A stretch of DNA of 59,996 nucleotides, counting the filler, from Diploschistes diacapsis (Eukaryota), in NCBI GenBank assembly GCA_023645945.1. It is 7 parts of 7 records of this genome, joined end to end, with 100 filler letters (N's around TTAATTAATTAA, not from the genome) between each part and the next. Parts side by side here need not be neighbours in the genome. Positions count along the whole stretch, not along the records: positions 17,207 to 25,701 come from JALAIB010001142.1; positions 25,802 to 34,286 come from JALAIB010001143.1; 5 more parts are not named here. The stretch is one strand, 5' to 3'. How positions within the stretch are numbered: the first letter of the stretch is position 1; each line of letters starts with the position of its first letter. The notes below the pieces were generated by a model that saw only the letters and a program-made list of their open reading frames with translations, was not told the origin of the DNA and ran no database searches. The translations under genes were made by a program, and so were the position numbers. This document shows, piece by piece, positions 21,301 to 31,722 of the stretch.

Positions 21301-22701
21301 ACTTTCGTGACTTTCGATCGCCTTGAAAACCACATCGGCGGGAGTCTTTTTCAGTAGATCAGATTCGCCAGTTGCCGAGGATTCATCGCAGTTGACGTTG
21401 TGTCCGGAAATGAAGATGCCATCCACGGGGATTGCGTCGCCTGCTTCCAGATGCACCACATCGCCCACCAGAACGTCATAAACAGATATTTCCTGAGACC
21501 TTCCTGAGCGAACGACATTGACCAGGCGATCCTCCTTTTTCCTGTTGAGCTTCACAAATTGCCTCTCCTTCTGCCAGTCGTTTGCAGCACCCACTAGCAC
21601 CACGATCACGATAGCCACCACGATCGCAACTCCCTCTACCCAAGCTACCTTTTCCCCAGGATCCTTCGCTAGACCTTTATTCGCTTGGACAGACTGATAA
21701 ATGCCCAAGGCCAGCGAGACCACAGCTGCTACAGTTAAGAGAATTAACACCTTGTCGTTGTAGGCAATCCAAGCAAGCTCCAAAAAGCTCTTGGATTTCC
21801 TTTCAGGAAGACGGTTATCAGAGAATACACGTTTTCGGTCGCTAAAGGAGTTTGCGTGTTTGTATACGGGAGCGCCGGTCGAGGCTCCATGAGGAGGATG
21901 AAGGCGGTCCGCTGCTGCGTTGGTATCGGTGCTGCCAGTGTCTTTTTGTTTTGTAACCTTCTCGAACGAGACGGTGCCATCAAGCACAGTCTCATCAACC
22001 GAGAGACCGCCATGACGATCTGTCCTCAGACCCTTCTCTAAACCGTGCAGTCCACCAAGTGCATGAAAGGCTGCAAGACTTTTGGGATTTAAAAGTTTGT
22101 TAAGTTGCCCGGGCGAAAAGGCGAAACAGTTATCCTGCACCTCAAAGTCAGCCTCGGTTCCAGGATCTGGTCTGAGAGCTTCGTCGTCCGGCAGTAGCGG
22201 ATCATTGCTGTGAGCAGTTTCGACGTGGCGCGCCTCACTGTGCGATGAGGCAGACGAAGGTAGAACTGTGTCACCGCCGTACGAGATCGGAGAATACGGT
22301 TCACACTCTGAATCTACCGAATTTCCCCTAGAGCGCCCCGATGGAACGGACAGGAAAGCCTGAGGCTGCCCGCCACTCCGTTTCGATGTTGGGGACGACA
22401 CATTATGCGGAGATGTTGGACGACTGTCCTTGCTTTCAAACGAACTCGCCCGCCGAAGCTCCATGGGCGGATCATCTATGGAAAGAGGCGCTGGCTTCTT
22501 TTTGCGATCCTGCTCTGGTTTGGCTCTCTGTGGCGAATCCGGCGGAGGAGGCGGGGTTAGAGGATGTAGCTGTTGAGATTCCGATGCCTCTAGGGCAGGA
22601 CTGACGGCAGATGTATCAATGGTTATTGTCGGAGCTCGCGGTCTCCGAACAGACGACTGTCTTGAAGCTGAGGTCTGACTCCTGTGATCGGAAGGATTCA
22701 T
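18361..22701 (-). CDS. PMC1: P-type IIB calcium-transporting ATPase (vacuolar PMC1 / PMCA type), intronless
   Basis: DESSATGESD, VAVPEGLPLAVT, phosphorylation site CSDKTGTLT, KGASE, MVTGDN, TGDGTNDAPAL, QLLWVNLIMD. The first ATG (MNPSDH) is at 22701; the ORF-track start at 22728 is GTG. Confidence 0.96.
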   Translation of the reverse strand: MNPSDHRSQTSASRQSSVRRPRAPTITIDTSAVSPALEASESQQLHPLTPPPPPDSPQRAKPEQDRKKKPAPLSIDDPPMELRRASSFESKDSRPTSPHNVSSPTSKRSGGQPQAFLSVPSGRSRGNSVDSECEPYSPISYGGDTVLPSSASSHSEARHVETAHSNDPLLPDDEALRPDPGTEADFEVQDNCFAFSPGQLNKLLNPKSLAAFHALGGLHGLEKGLRTDRHGGLSVDETVLDGTVSFEKVTKQKDTGSTDTNAAADRLHPPHGASTGAPVYKHANSFSDRKRVFSDNRLPERKSKSFLELAWIAYNDKVLILLTVAAVVSLALGIYQSVQANKGLAKDPGEKVAWVEGVAIVVAIVIVVLVGAANDWQKERQFVKLNRKKEDRLVNVVRSGRSQEISVYDVLVGDVVHLEAGDAIPVDGIFISGHNVNCDESSATGESDLLKKTPADVVFKAIESHESLHKLDPFLISGSQVTEGVGTFLVTSTGVNSSHGKTMLTLQEDPQTTPLQSKLNTLAEYIAKLGLTAGGLLFLATLIRFFVRLNSIGTPDQKGQAFLQLFITAITIIVVAVPEGLPLAVTLALAFATTRMLKDNNLVRHLRACETMGNATTICSDKTGTLTQNKMSVVAGIIGIQAQFGGDMAATDDDATDSPSTAKEMGGPSNRTSDSHPAQTMKVLCEDVKELLKQSIVVNSTAFEAETEGKESFVGSKTETALLSFARDHLGMLSLSEERSDGNIVQQVPFDSKRKCMATVVRTNNNGRYRMFVKGASELMLAQCTRMVKDPLRDLMDAPITTEEIDLLNSTINSYAAKSLRTIGLLYRDFEEWPPKGCTQRAEPKLAEFDKVFREMTFLSVVGIKDPLRDGVPEAVQTCQSAGIFIRMVTGDNMLTAKAIATDCGIFTSGGLIMEGPQFRKLKKSEMDRILPRLQVLARSSPDDKRMLVKRLMELGETVAVTGDGTNDAPALKIADVGFSMGISGTEVAKEASDIILMDDNFASTVKATMWGRAVNDAVKKFLQFQVTVNITAVVLTFISAVASSSESSVLSAVQLLWVNLIMDTLAALALATDPPTLSLLNRRPEPKSAPLITLPMWKMIIGQAIYQLIVTLVLFFVGDGFPMYGDATGTALENLVQGAIFNTFVWMQIFNQYNCRRLDNRLNIFEGVTHNSFFVAIQVIIVAGQVLIMFFGGAAFNLNTRLSGTLWAVSIILGLLSIPVAVLIRFIPDTLVAKLIPTWVFRKKTPSVLVSDEEQQYQWNPALEEIREELMFLKLVRGGRLSVLKYKLQNPRQLLPRSRSGSRSASRSRASSMPGTPNPEQRDDASMNQGPPTPESHRTLQRRRGRSRSNSTFGPAAAMAGIVAGSIAGWSPVERRDGDSFGRFPLQDRTDLEGHQGVDLHPATRPDDPVLANPEGSNKPPSQLAEANPSLPDNARHSNKLSTSG

Positions 22702-24673
22702 GGTAGAAGTTTGTGCTCGCGAATGCACAAGTTGATATTAGTTCGTGAGCATGTAGAAAAGGATATCTTGGAGATCTCTCTGCAGTGAGGATGTTTGTTG
22801 AGACGTGGAATGCCTTATGGAGGGTTTTTGGGTGGAGCTAAGCTGTGGTTAGGCAGGAACAATCCGTGCTGCGCTCGGGTGAATAGGGTCTGCGAGAGGA
22901 TTCGTCATTATCAGAGCTCTGTCACAATTGCTCGTGTAGCAACCCAGGGATCACAAAACCCTCAATAGGTGGTAATTGAGGCTTTGACAACACGTACCTT
23001 TCCAAGCTCTATTATCTCCCTGAGGCCTCGGGCTCCCCTGTTCTAGAAATCAGATGAACTGTCTATCACTCTGCCTTATGCGATGTCTCCCGGGACAGGT
23101 GCTCCATTTGACAGGACTCAACAATCCATGACGTTGAGTGAGTGGATGGGTCGACGGCATAGGAAGAGAGCTCGATAGTCCTTTTCTTTTTCCCGGCGGT
23201 AGTGGCGACGAGTACTCGGTTAGTCTCAAGCTCCAGCAACCAGTAAACACATGACTGGGCTTTTTAGATCAAGAAAAGAAGTCAAAGCCATGCTCCCCTG
23301 CCCATGTTTTCACGCGGTGGCAGAGCAACGGACTAAGGTTGAGGATTTTCTGCCAAGTTGCCAAGCGTGGCTATGCAAGATGTTCCACAAAGCAACTGCT
23401 CTTGTACTGTGTACTGTGAAGAAAAGTACCACAAGAAAAGAGAACATTTTCATTCCAGTCATATTCTACGCAAGTTGATGGTGGGATGATCAATCATGTC
23501 GATCTCAAAAGCTTCTGCACACTATATCTCACCTTCCTATCGTGAAGTGGAAGTAGGCCCGGGTACAAAGTACATATGAAATTTGCCGCTGCCAATACCG
23601 GCTCTCTGCTTTGACCTGATTCGGCAAACTTTGCCCCGTAGCAAAAGGTGACAAAAGGTGACAAGTTGAGCGCGTGCGTGCATCCGAGACGCTCAAGCAT
23701 AGGGGCAACACACCACAAGATACGAATGCCCTTATACAAGCTTCTCGCTGTCCATTGCTTTACAAACCACACGATGAGCATCGCTTTCTTGCTCGACCAT
23801 AACGTTGGCCGCCACCGTCGGAGGTCCTTCATGCCAACCAGCCCTCACAGCGCATGAAAATAACCACATCGTGCAAACCCCCTTGCTTACGAACACAGGC
23901 GCAACTGTTCGCAAAGGTCGTGTACGCCCGCCTTCCGATCTGTGCAGAGCGACATACATGCAGCCTGCCACAGCGAATCGAAAGGGAGCCCGGAGTAAGG
24001 GTTGGTATTTTATGTAATCTCACTATCAAGCGCCTATACCAACGTCGTCTTTCAAATAAGTCGCTTCGTGGGGCGGTATGTGCATCAAGCTCATATGATT
24101 AATCCTCGGTTATGGCTGGTTGCACAGCCTGCGTGTACACTGTACCACTGAAAAAGTAGAAATGGGAACCGCTAGGGTATGTATTAGTGATACTGTGGCA
24201 AAGTACCTTTCCAGAGATGCCTCTTTAGCTGCTCTCGTGGCTTCGACAACTTGCTGGATAATACCCGAGTTTCAGGCTGCTATATAAAATGCCAGAACTC
24301 GAGCCTTCCGTGCCGCAACGATAGAACAGAATAAGCGCTTCAGGCAGCTTTTGCAGAAATCAGGCATCAAGTGGATCGTCTGCGCGTTTCCGCTTCGAAC
24401 CCCTATTCAGATTGACAGAGAGAATAAATTCTCGACACCAGTGTAAGGTATTGCACACTACTGCACTAAACGTCATGATAGATTACGGTTTCGTGAATCC
24501 CGTAAAATTCAGAATTACAGCCACCCAAATCTGAAAAAAAGATACCGTTAAATATTTACTACGGTTGTTATGGGAAGAAGAATTAAGCCCTGCAACGATG
24601 GTACATGGCCAATACCTAGATTTTGTTATAAATTACTAACAACACGTACGATGGTGCTGCAACAGACGTCGTA

Positions 24674-25260
24674 CAGTCACGTGCCAAAAGTAATGGTCCC
24701 TACCTAAATTATAGTAGACATCACCAACTTTGGAGATGCGATGCGCACCCAAATAATGTCCTACAAATGCGCTTTTTAGATCATTTTGATGCCTTTTATT
24801 TGTAGTATTTATTAATACTTTGTTTGCCATCTTTGCGCGTCGTATACAGCCTGAATTCGCGTAGGCATCGAGTAGATTAATCGAGCAGATAAATTTCATT
24901 CCCTATTTACCGTAATTTAATTAAATGTCTCGATAATAGCAGCTTTTAAAGCCTATTTTTTATTATTTTTGTTTTTACGTATTGTTTTAAGCTCTGAATA
25001 AAGCCGAAATACCTTTTCTTTTAATTTAAATTAAAGATGTTTTATAGCGTTTAAATCTAGATTATATGATGGATAATCGAGAATTTAGACGCCGAGATTT
25101 TCTAAAAACGTTTTAATAACGTTTGTAGTTTGTATATAAACATTATCTTGTAAAAAACTTTATTTAGGTTCGTAGATTTGGGGCAAAATATCTTTTAATA
25201 AAGCATAATAACCCTCGGCGGTAATATTTCGTTTATTTATGTAATAATTTTCGAAGAAAT
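24674..25260 (-). mobile_element. RIP-degraded Tc1/mariner (DDE) DNA transposon relic with one terminal inverted repeat
   Basis: Minus-strand translation with stops: TAEGYYALLKDILPQIYEPK*SFLQDNVYIQTTNVIKTFLENLGV*ILDYPSYNLDLNAIKHL*FKLKEKV...SMPTRIQAVYDAQRWQTKY* (stop 24812-24814). This matches the Tc1 QDNA..H, WP..SPDLNPIE.LW and SMP.R..AV..A.G..TKY motifs. TA + CAGTCACGTGCCAAAAGT at 24672-24691 looks like a TA target plus a Tc1-type TIR. Confidence 0.85.
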
Positions 25261-25263
25261 ATC

Positions 25264-25701
25264 TATTACGATCCAAGTACCAGACTTGGCACGTCCCAGC
25301 CTTATATATAGCTCAGTTACGGGACCAGGGGTCACGTGATGCGCTTACTGCTCGCGCTTATTCTCGTAAACGACGAATTAATTTTCGTTATCGCTCGATG
25401 GTCGCGTTTATTCTTATAAACGGCGAGTCTCGAGAATACCGTTTATTAAACTTATAATAAACGGCGAGCGAGTTAATTATATATAAACACGATTTTATTT
25501 TCGTAAAAGAAAACGTGTTTATTTTTATAAATATTTTAAATTATTATTCGGGATTAATCTATATTCGTTATCTTTATTATTTTAAAACTTTCTTTTTAAA
25601 AATAATTTAAGATTTATAATTATTCTATCTTTTTTTTCTGTTATATTTCTTTTTTAATAAAAATTAAATCCATCTTGATTTTACTCGTGTATATTTTATA
25701 T
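25264..25701. mobile_element. AT-rich RIP-degraded repeat interrupting the Tc1 relic, possibly the start of an LTR element
   Basis: Transposase similarity stops near 25260. The sequence then begins TATTACG (a possible RIP-ed TGTTACG LTR start) and becomes very AT/TpA-rich up to the contig end. Confidence 0.45.
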
Positions 25702-25801
25702 NNNNNNNNNNNNNNNNNNNNNNNNNNNNNNNNNNNNNNNNNNNNTTAATTAATTAANNNNNNNNNNNNNNNNNNNNNNNNNNNNNNNNNNNNNNNNNNN
25801 N
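25702..25801. other. Artificial contig spacer
   Basis: 44 N + TTAATTAATTAA + 44 N. Confidence 0.98.
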
Positions 25802-26292
25802 GACTCGACTCACGCGGAGGGAGAGGGGGGGGGCGTGCTTCTGGACGGGGTTATGTAGATAAGACATTAACTCCGATGTATGTATGTATGTACGTACGTA
25901 GAGCAGTAGCGTGATTGATGTACAGGGATGTAAAATGCTCGGTGGGAAAAGAAAAGGCGGGGGATACGGGTGTACAATCCATGCTAAAACTGCCGAGTTT
26001 TGGAAAGCCATATGATATTAAACTAGCCGCATTTGGGAAAAGGGCTCAAAGCCCAATGTCACTTGGAAAAAATAAAAAATAAAAACTACCATAGGCGCAT
26101 CACAATCCATATGATATAGGATTGATGATGGATTAACATTAAACAGTGGTCGTTACATACAGTAAAGCTCTATAATCATGACAATGCCCTATTCTGTGAT
26201 CAATCGCCTTCTCACAACAACACCGCCATTTGTGCATAATGCCCAAGGATCGTTTTCCAGCCTCGTTCAAAGCAAAGGCACTGGTACTCTCC

Positions 26293-27684
26293 TTAGCCGG
26301 CCTGGTACAAGGCCGGGCCAGCAAACACGAAGGGGTTGATCTGGCTCAAGTTGAACGGCGTGAAGACGGTGTTCGTGCTGGTGAGCGCGACGAACATGGT
26401 GCCGTTGATGGCTGGGTCGCCCTCGAAGGTCGACACGTCGGGCTGGAAGGTGTAGCCCTCGTTGGAGCCGGTCTTGGTGAGCTCGGTGTAGGTCAGGTTG
26501 AGCTGCGTGACCCACGCAACGTACGACGCGCACGGGGCGGTGGTGCTGGTGACGTAGCTGTTGTTGGGACCGACGGCCTTGCCGGCATCCTCCCACTGGA
26601 AGAAGACCTGCCTGCCGGGGAAGGAGAGGGGGATGGAGCGGTTGTGCGAGACGGCGGGGCTGCAGTTCTCGCCCACGATGGTGGAGTTCAGGCAAGCGCC
26701 GGAAACGGTGGAGTTGAGGGGTGCGCTCGAAGAGTTGCCGACCGTCTCGCCGAAGGTGGTTTCGTTGGCGTTGGTGCGCGCCGGGTTGGGCTGGTTGAGC
26801 ACGCTGAGGGCGGGGAAGTTCTGCCATGCGAGACGGGTCTGGTTGGCCGGGCAGGAGGAAATGTATGGCGCCAGCAGGGTCCAGGCCCAGGACTGGGGCA
26901 CACCGGTCTCGTACCATACGGGCATGGGGAAGAGACCGTCGAACTGGCGGAAGATCATCTGCTGGCGAGCCTCGGTCGTGATGGACTGTAGAAGGAGCTG
27001 GGCAGATTCGCGGGAGTTGAGGTGGTTGAGGAAGCCGTACACGCCGGATTCGCCGAAGCGAGTGAGCTTCTGGCAGAAGTCGTTGAACTCACGCACCGTC
27101 GTGAAGGGGTAGTTGTACGTGCATTGCACGGGAGCCTCGGCGCCGAGGATGTTGGTCAGAAGAGTGGCGTGGCCGAGCTCCTGCTGTGCCATGAACCTGA
27201 TGAGCTCCATGTCCTCAGCGTTGAGACCAGCAGCCTCAAAGTCTTCCGCGGAGAAAGTTGCAAGACCGTAGTTGAAAAGATCGAGCTCGATCCACTCTTG
27301 GTACAGAGCCAAAGCCAGTGACTCGTAATCGAAATCACTCTGTGGCTTGTAGACTGGCTCTGTTCCGTTTGTTCCCAGGCCACCGTTCGGGGTGTATGGA
27401 GCAGGCTCAGGACCGTGCAACTTCCCATCGCTGGGGTAGGTAGTGGCGGTGGGGTTCGGCGGAAGCGCTGGAATAGAGGGTGCGAGGACGGCGGTGGCAA
27501 GGGCGCCAGTAGTCGTTGGCACGCCCGTGAAGGGACCATGACTTGTCACATTCGTAGCATGCACAACCGGTGGCGCTGGTGCAGCGCTCACCGCCGAGGC
27601 TGGTGCGCTGACTACCGGTGCCGGCACTGCCAGAGCGGCAAGGGCGAAGGTTGAAACGGCAGCCAATCTCTGTGAGAAATACAT
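26293..27684 (-). CDS. rds1: Secreted Rds1-like stress-response protein with ferritin-like (Ferritin_2) domain
   Basis: Signal peptide MYFSQRLAAVSTFALAALAVP (ATG at 27684). Ferritin-like carboxylate/His motifs: ALYQEWIELDLF, QQELGHATLL, TRFGESGVYGFL, ITTEARQQMIFRQF. Confidence 0.85.
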   Translation of the reverse strand: MYFSQRLAAVSTFALAALAVPAPVVSAPASAVSAAPAPPVVHATNVTSHGPFTGVPTTTGALATAVLAPSIPALPPNPTATTYPSDGKLHGPEPAPYTPNGGLGTNGTEPVYKPQSDFDYESLALALYQEWIELDLFNYGLATFSAEDFEAAGLNAEDMELIRFMAQQELGHATLLTNILGAEAPVQCTYNYPFTTVREFNDFCQKLTRFGESGVYGFLNHLNSRESAQLLLQSITTEARQQMIFRQFDGLFPMPVWYETGVPQSWAWTLLAPYISSCPANQTRLAWQNFPALSVLNQPNPARTNANETTFGETVGNSSSAPLNSTVSGACLNSTIVGENCSPAVSHNRSIPLSFPGRQVFFQWEDAGKAVGPNNSYVTSTTAPCASYVAWVTQLNLTYTELTKTGSNEGYTFQPDVSTFEGDPAINGTMFVALTSTNTVFTPFNLSQINPFVFAGPALYQAG

Positions 27685-28588
27685 GTTGTGTTTGAGCAAA
27701 TTATGAGCCTGGGTGAAAAGAAAGTAAAGGAGATGGTGAAGGTTGGTTCAACTATATAAGGGGAGCAGGAGCATGACGACAATGCCGCAGCAGCTGTGGC
27801 AACCAGCAGCAGCACTGGGCACCGCTGTCGTACTGCTGCAGTACTAGTAGCGGTAAGCTGATGGAGGATAGCTGCATGCTGTTTTTCTTGAGGCCTACTA
27901 GTAGTATACTTCACATGGTGGACAGCACTATAAGCCTTGAACAGGAAGCTATGTGGACGAGAAAGGAAATCTGCTAGCTTTTTGGAATGCATTTAATGAG
28001 ACATCGGGGTGTACAGATTCGTATATCTCCACCAAACTTTGGTTTGAGGCTCTACGAGCTTTGAGCTCCGAGGGGGGTTGGCAAGTTGCTTTGGAGCTCA
28101 TGACGAGTACATTTTTGCAGATGGGAACGATCGCCGAGCAACACGGTCGATTAACGAATTAGACAGAGAAGCTGCAGGCAACCTTTTGGATCTTGTTCTC
28201 GTACTAATAAACACGGGCGTGGGAAGGGCAACAGTTTCCCTTCTCTTCCCCTAGGGAGTCACGGGAGTCACTGCAGTCAGTCTGCAGTGATCAATCAACA
28301 CGAGCATTCCATTACATCATAATCACTCACTTCCTTCTCGAGTCTTCCGAGTGTTCCGAGCCATTTGAGTGGTGTAGCGTAGCACATTAGCACACATTAC
28401 AGAGTGCACTAGGTATGCAAGAGCAAGAGATGAGATGAGAGATGGGACGTTGGGACATGGAAGGAGAGCCCGTCCCCCACGCCTGGACAGTTGAGGGTAA
28501 CAACCAAAATTAGTAAGTCAGTAGTATTCTCGATTTGATCAAAAGCAGACGTCCTTCGTCATAGGGCCCGGCAATGTCGGCAAAGCTG

Positions 28589-28630
28589 CTGATTGGTGAT
28601 TGGTGATTGCTAATTGCTGATTGTTGATTG
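28589..28630. repeat. Six-copy 7-bp tandem repeat (NTGATTG) in the rds1/TRM1 divergent intergenic region, containing three reverse CCAAT boxes
   Basis: ctgattg gtgattg gtgattg ctaattg ctgattg ttgattg g. Confidence 0.75.
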
Positions 28631-28877
28631 GTTGGGGGCTCCAGCTGGACGGCGCAACTTAATTCCGACGCGGGAATAACTCTGTACAACTTCCTACAGA
28701 GTGTCGGGACAACAACAACAACCCATGCCTGAATCGTAGTTGTGCCAGATTGTTAAGCTGGCGATCTGCAGGCTGCAGACAAGTTGCCGCCATGCTCTTG
28801 TGATTGGTAGTCGCGTCACGACAACCCTCTACGGGCCCATAGTACCTGTCCCTTCTTCTCGGTGCTTCCTCGGAAGC

Positions 28878-31091
28878 ATGGCCTTGCAGAACGCGCAGGT
28901 TGTGTTCGAAGGTTCCCGCTTCCATGCCGTGCGTGAAGGCGCGGCTACGATTCTGAACAGTCTTGCGGAAAAGGAAAACGGTGCCCCTGAATTACAAAGA
29001 GTGTTTTACAATCCAATTCAGCAATTCAACAGAGACCTCAGTGTTCTCGCCATTCGTGTGTTTGCCGAGGACCTTGCTACAATCCGGAAACAGAGACATG
29101 GGACAAGGAGAGGGGACGCCGAGAAATCGAACAAGAAAAGAAAACGAAGCGACGATGATGATAATGATGGACAAAGCTTGGCCGAGGACCAACCTCGTTT
29201 GAAGGTAACCAAGATCATTACAGGCAGCACATCAAATCCTTCAGGGAGTGAGGGCCGAGTGACCGAAGCCATCGATGCCTCGTCTGATAAAAAGACCTTA
29301 ACCAATGGAACGATATCGCACATCGATGCTTCAGAGCCCAACACAGAGCGCCAGCCGGTACTCTCCGATCAAGGAAACCAGGTCCAGGCCGAGGTCTCTC
29401 CTACCAGAGCGAATGATAACGTCCCTACGAGTCCCAAAGCGTCAAACGCAGCATCGGCTCATGTAGGCCCCCAGATTCGAGTTTTGGATGCGCTTTCCGC
29501 GACTGGGCTACGAGCTTTGAGATATGCGAAAGAGGTTCCGGAGCTTACTTCGGTGACAGCCAACGACCTCTCGCCTTCTGCAACAGAGGCAATCGCTGTC
29601 AATGCTCGATACAATGAGCTTGAATCCAGAATCGAAATCAGCACTGGCGATGCGCTCGTGCAGCTGCACAGGAATCGAGGGAGGTACGAGGTCATCGACC
29701 TTGACCCATACGGGACAGCCGCCCCCTTCCTCGATGCTGCAGTACAGGGCTTGACAAATGGTGGTCTGCTGTGCGTAACGTGTACCGACTCCGCCGTTTT
29801 TGCCTCAACGGGATACCCGGAAAAGACTTTCTCCCAGTACGGTGGCACAACCGCCAAAGGTCCCCAGTCACACGAGGCCGGTCTACGACTTGTTCTGCAA
29901 AGTATAGCAAGCTCTGCTGCACGCTACGGTCTCGCGGTAGAACCCCTCCTCTCACTTTCCATAGACTTCTACGTGCGAGTGTTTGTGAAGCTTCGTCGAT
30001 CCCCGAAAGAAGTGAAGCTGCTGGCAAGCAAGACCATGGTGGTTTACAACTGCGACTCCGGCTGCGGTGCTTGGACGAAGCAGTTCATGGCCAGGACCAA
30101 GCACAAAGAGAACAAGAAAGGAGATCCGGTGCTACAATTCTCCCTCGCTCAAGCGCCGACTGCGAGTCCAACCTGCGAACATTGCGGTTTCAAAACCCAT
30201 CTGGCGGGCCCAATGTGGGGCGGGCCAATTCAAAACCCCTACTTTATTCAGCGGGTGCTTGACATTCTCCCCAATCTTTCCACAGAGATCTACGGTACAA
30301 TACCACGCATCGAGGGCATGCTCACTACGGCTCGGGATGAAACCCTTCTTCCTCCCACAGCTGCGTCCGTGTCCGCTCCTGAATCGGTAACGGACAACCC
30401 AAAACCACATTCGCCTTATCCTCTTCTAAGAATACCGCCCGAGGAACCCGATCATCACCCCTTTTTCTTCATGCCTTCTACGCTCGCACGAACACTCCGA
30501 TCTGAGGCTCCCTCGAGCAATGCCCTGCGAGGGGCACTTTTGGGCTTGAAGTATAGGGTGACCCGCGCACACACAAAAGCCGGTAGCATCCGCACCGATG
30601 CACCATGGTCCGTTATCTGGGAGGTCATGCGCGAGTGGGTTCGGCAAGCAAGTCCAATCAAAGAGGGCGTGCTCCCGCCCGGAACTGCAGGTTTTGGGAT
30701 CATGCAGAAGGATCGAAGCAAGCTGCGGTTGAACAATATCAAAGGAGATTTGAGCGAACTTGCCCAGAACGCAACAGGGGTGGCAGAGATGAAGACAAGG
30801 CTCGAATCCCTACTGTGGAGGCTTAATGGGAGCGAAGAAGGAACGGCCGAGGGACCTCACGGGCCAGCAGAGGCTTTGTCAAAACAACCAAATCAGAAGA
30901 GCGGAAACAAAACACTTGCCGATAGAGGAAGCCAAGTCTTTGAGGCTGGCGATGGCGATGTGTGTCTTCCGGAGCTCAAGGTCGAGTTCAACGAGACGCT
31001 CGGCAGGGAGGACGAGGAGAAAAGGCGGCTGGTTCGATATCAGCACAATCCGAGGGCCAATTGGGGCCCGATGACTCGAGCTAAGGGTTGA
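28878..31091 (+). CDS. TRM1: tRNA (guanine-26-N2,N2)-dimethyltransferase
   Basis: VFYNPIQQFNRDLSV, VLDALSATGLRALRY, IDLDPYGTAAPFLDAA, GGLLCVTCTD, PLLSLSIDFYVRVF, CEHCG..GPMWGG, RTDAPW, NPRANWGP. The first in-frame ATG of the long ORF is at 28878. Confidence 0.95.
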   Translation: MALQNAQVVFEGSRFHAVREGAATILNSLAEKENGAPELQRVFYNPIQQFNRDLSVLAIRVFAEDLATIRKQRHGTRRGDAEKSNKKRKRSDDDDNDGQSLAEDQPRLKVTKIITGSTSNPSGSEGRVTEAIDASSDKKTLTNGTISHIDASEPNTERQPVLSDQGNQVQAEVSPTRANDNVPTSPKASNAASAHVGPQIRVLDALSATGLRALRYAKEVPELTSVTANDLSPSATEAIAVNARYNELESRIEISTGDALVQLHRNRGRYEVIDLDPYGTAAPFLDAAVQGLTNGGLLCVTCTDSAVFASTGYPEKTFSQYGGTTAKGPQSHEAGLRLVLQSIASSAARYGLAVEPLLSLSIDFYVRVFVKLRRSPKEVKLLASKTMVVYNCDSGCGAWTKQFMARTKHKENKKGDPVLQFSLAQAPTASPTCEHCGFKTHLAGPMWGGPIQNPYFIQRVLDILPNLSTEIYGTIPRIEGMLTTARDETLLPPTAASVSAPESVTDNPKPHSPYPLLRIPPEEPDHHPFFFMPSTLARTLRSEAPSSNALRGALLGLKYRVTRAHTKAGSIRTDAPWSVIWEVMREWVRQASPIKEGVLPPGTAGFGIMQKDRSKLRLNNIKGDLSELAQNATGVAEMKTRLESLLWRLNGSEEGTAEGPHGPAEALSKQPNQKSGNKTLADRGSQVFEAGDGDVCLPELKVEFNETLGREDEEKRRLVRYQHNPRANWGPMTRAKG

Positions 31092-31722
31092 AGAAGCGGC
31101 GATGTCAACCAGGGGATGGCAACATATTCACGCCCGGATTACTTGAATACCAACTTTGACCACGTTACGCTTGGATACGTGGTTGTATTCGCCAACGACC
31201 GCCCCCGAAAGCGCTGCGCGCCTATGAGTGTGGCTAGACTTGTTGTATTCTATGTACCAGATACCGGGGGTGCAAGACCGAGAGGTCCTATCTTTATTTG
31301 AGGAGATGCCAGCGATATTGTAAATATTAACAATTTCGGATGTTATCGAGGACAGAGTGGGAACTGGCATGACTTGTTATTTTTTCTCGAGAGCCACGAA
31401 GGCCATGCTAGAAGAGCAGCATCCACTGAACAACAGTGGTGGAAATCATCGACCATCCAAAACCGAGCCACCATGACCCTTTCTGATTGGTCACGTACAG
31501 AGTGTGGTGGGGAAAATTACCTGCGCGAAAAAACCCTAGCAAGCACCAATGTATATATAAACTCTCCAAACCAAGTGAAATAGCATGAGCGAAACGATAG
31601 ACATGTTTTGCGCGAAGCCGCTTCTCTGAACCTTGGTTGCGTTTCACTGGGCAACGTATTAGCTTGCGAACCATTACAATAATATCGAGGCCCAGTGACT
31701 CTCCCTCAAGAAGCGCACGAGC

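Noticed and set aside
26230..27112. Long antisense and alternative-frame ORFs over rds1 (and similar ones over PMC1, SMC3, TRM1, ACR3)
   Set aside because: They are shadow ORFs caused by GC-rich codon bias in the real genes, with no independent motifs.
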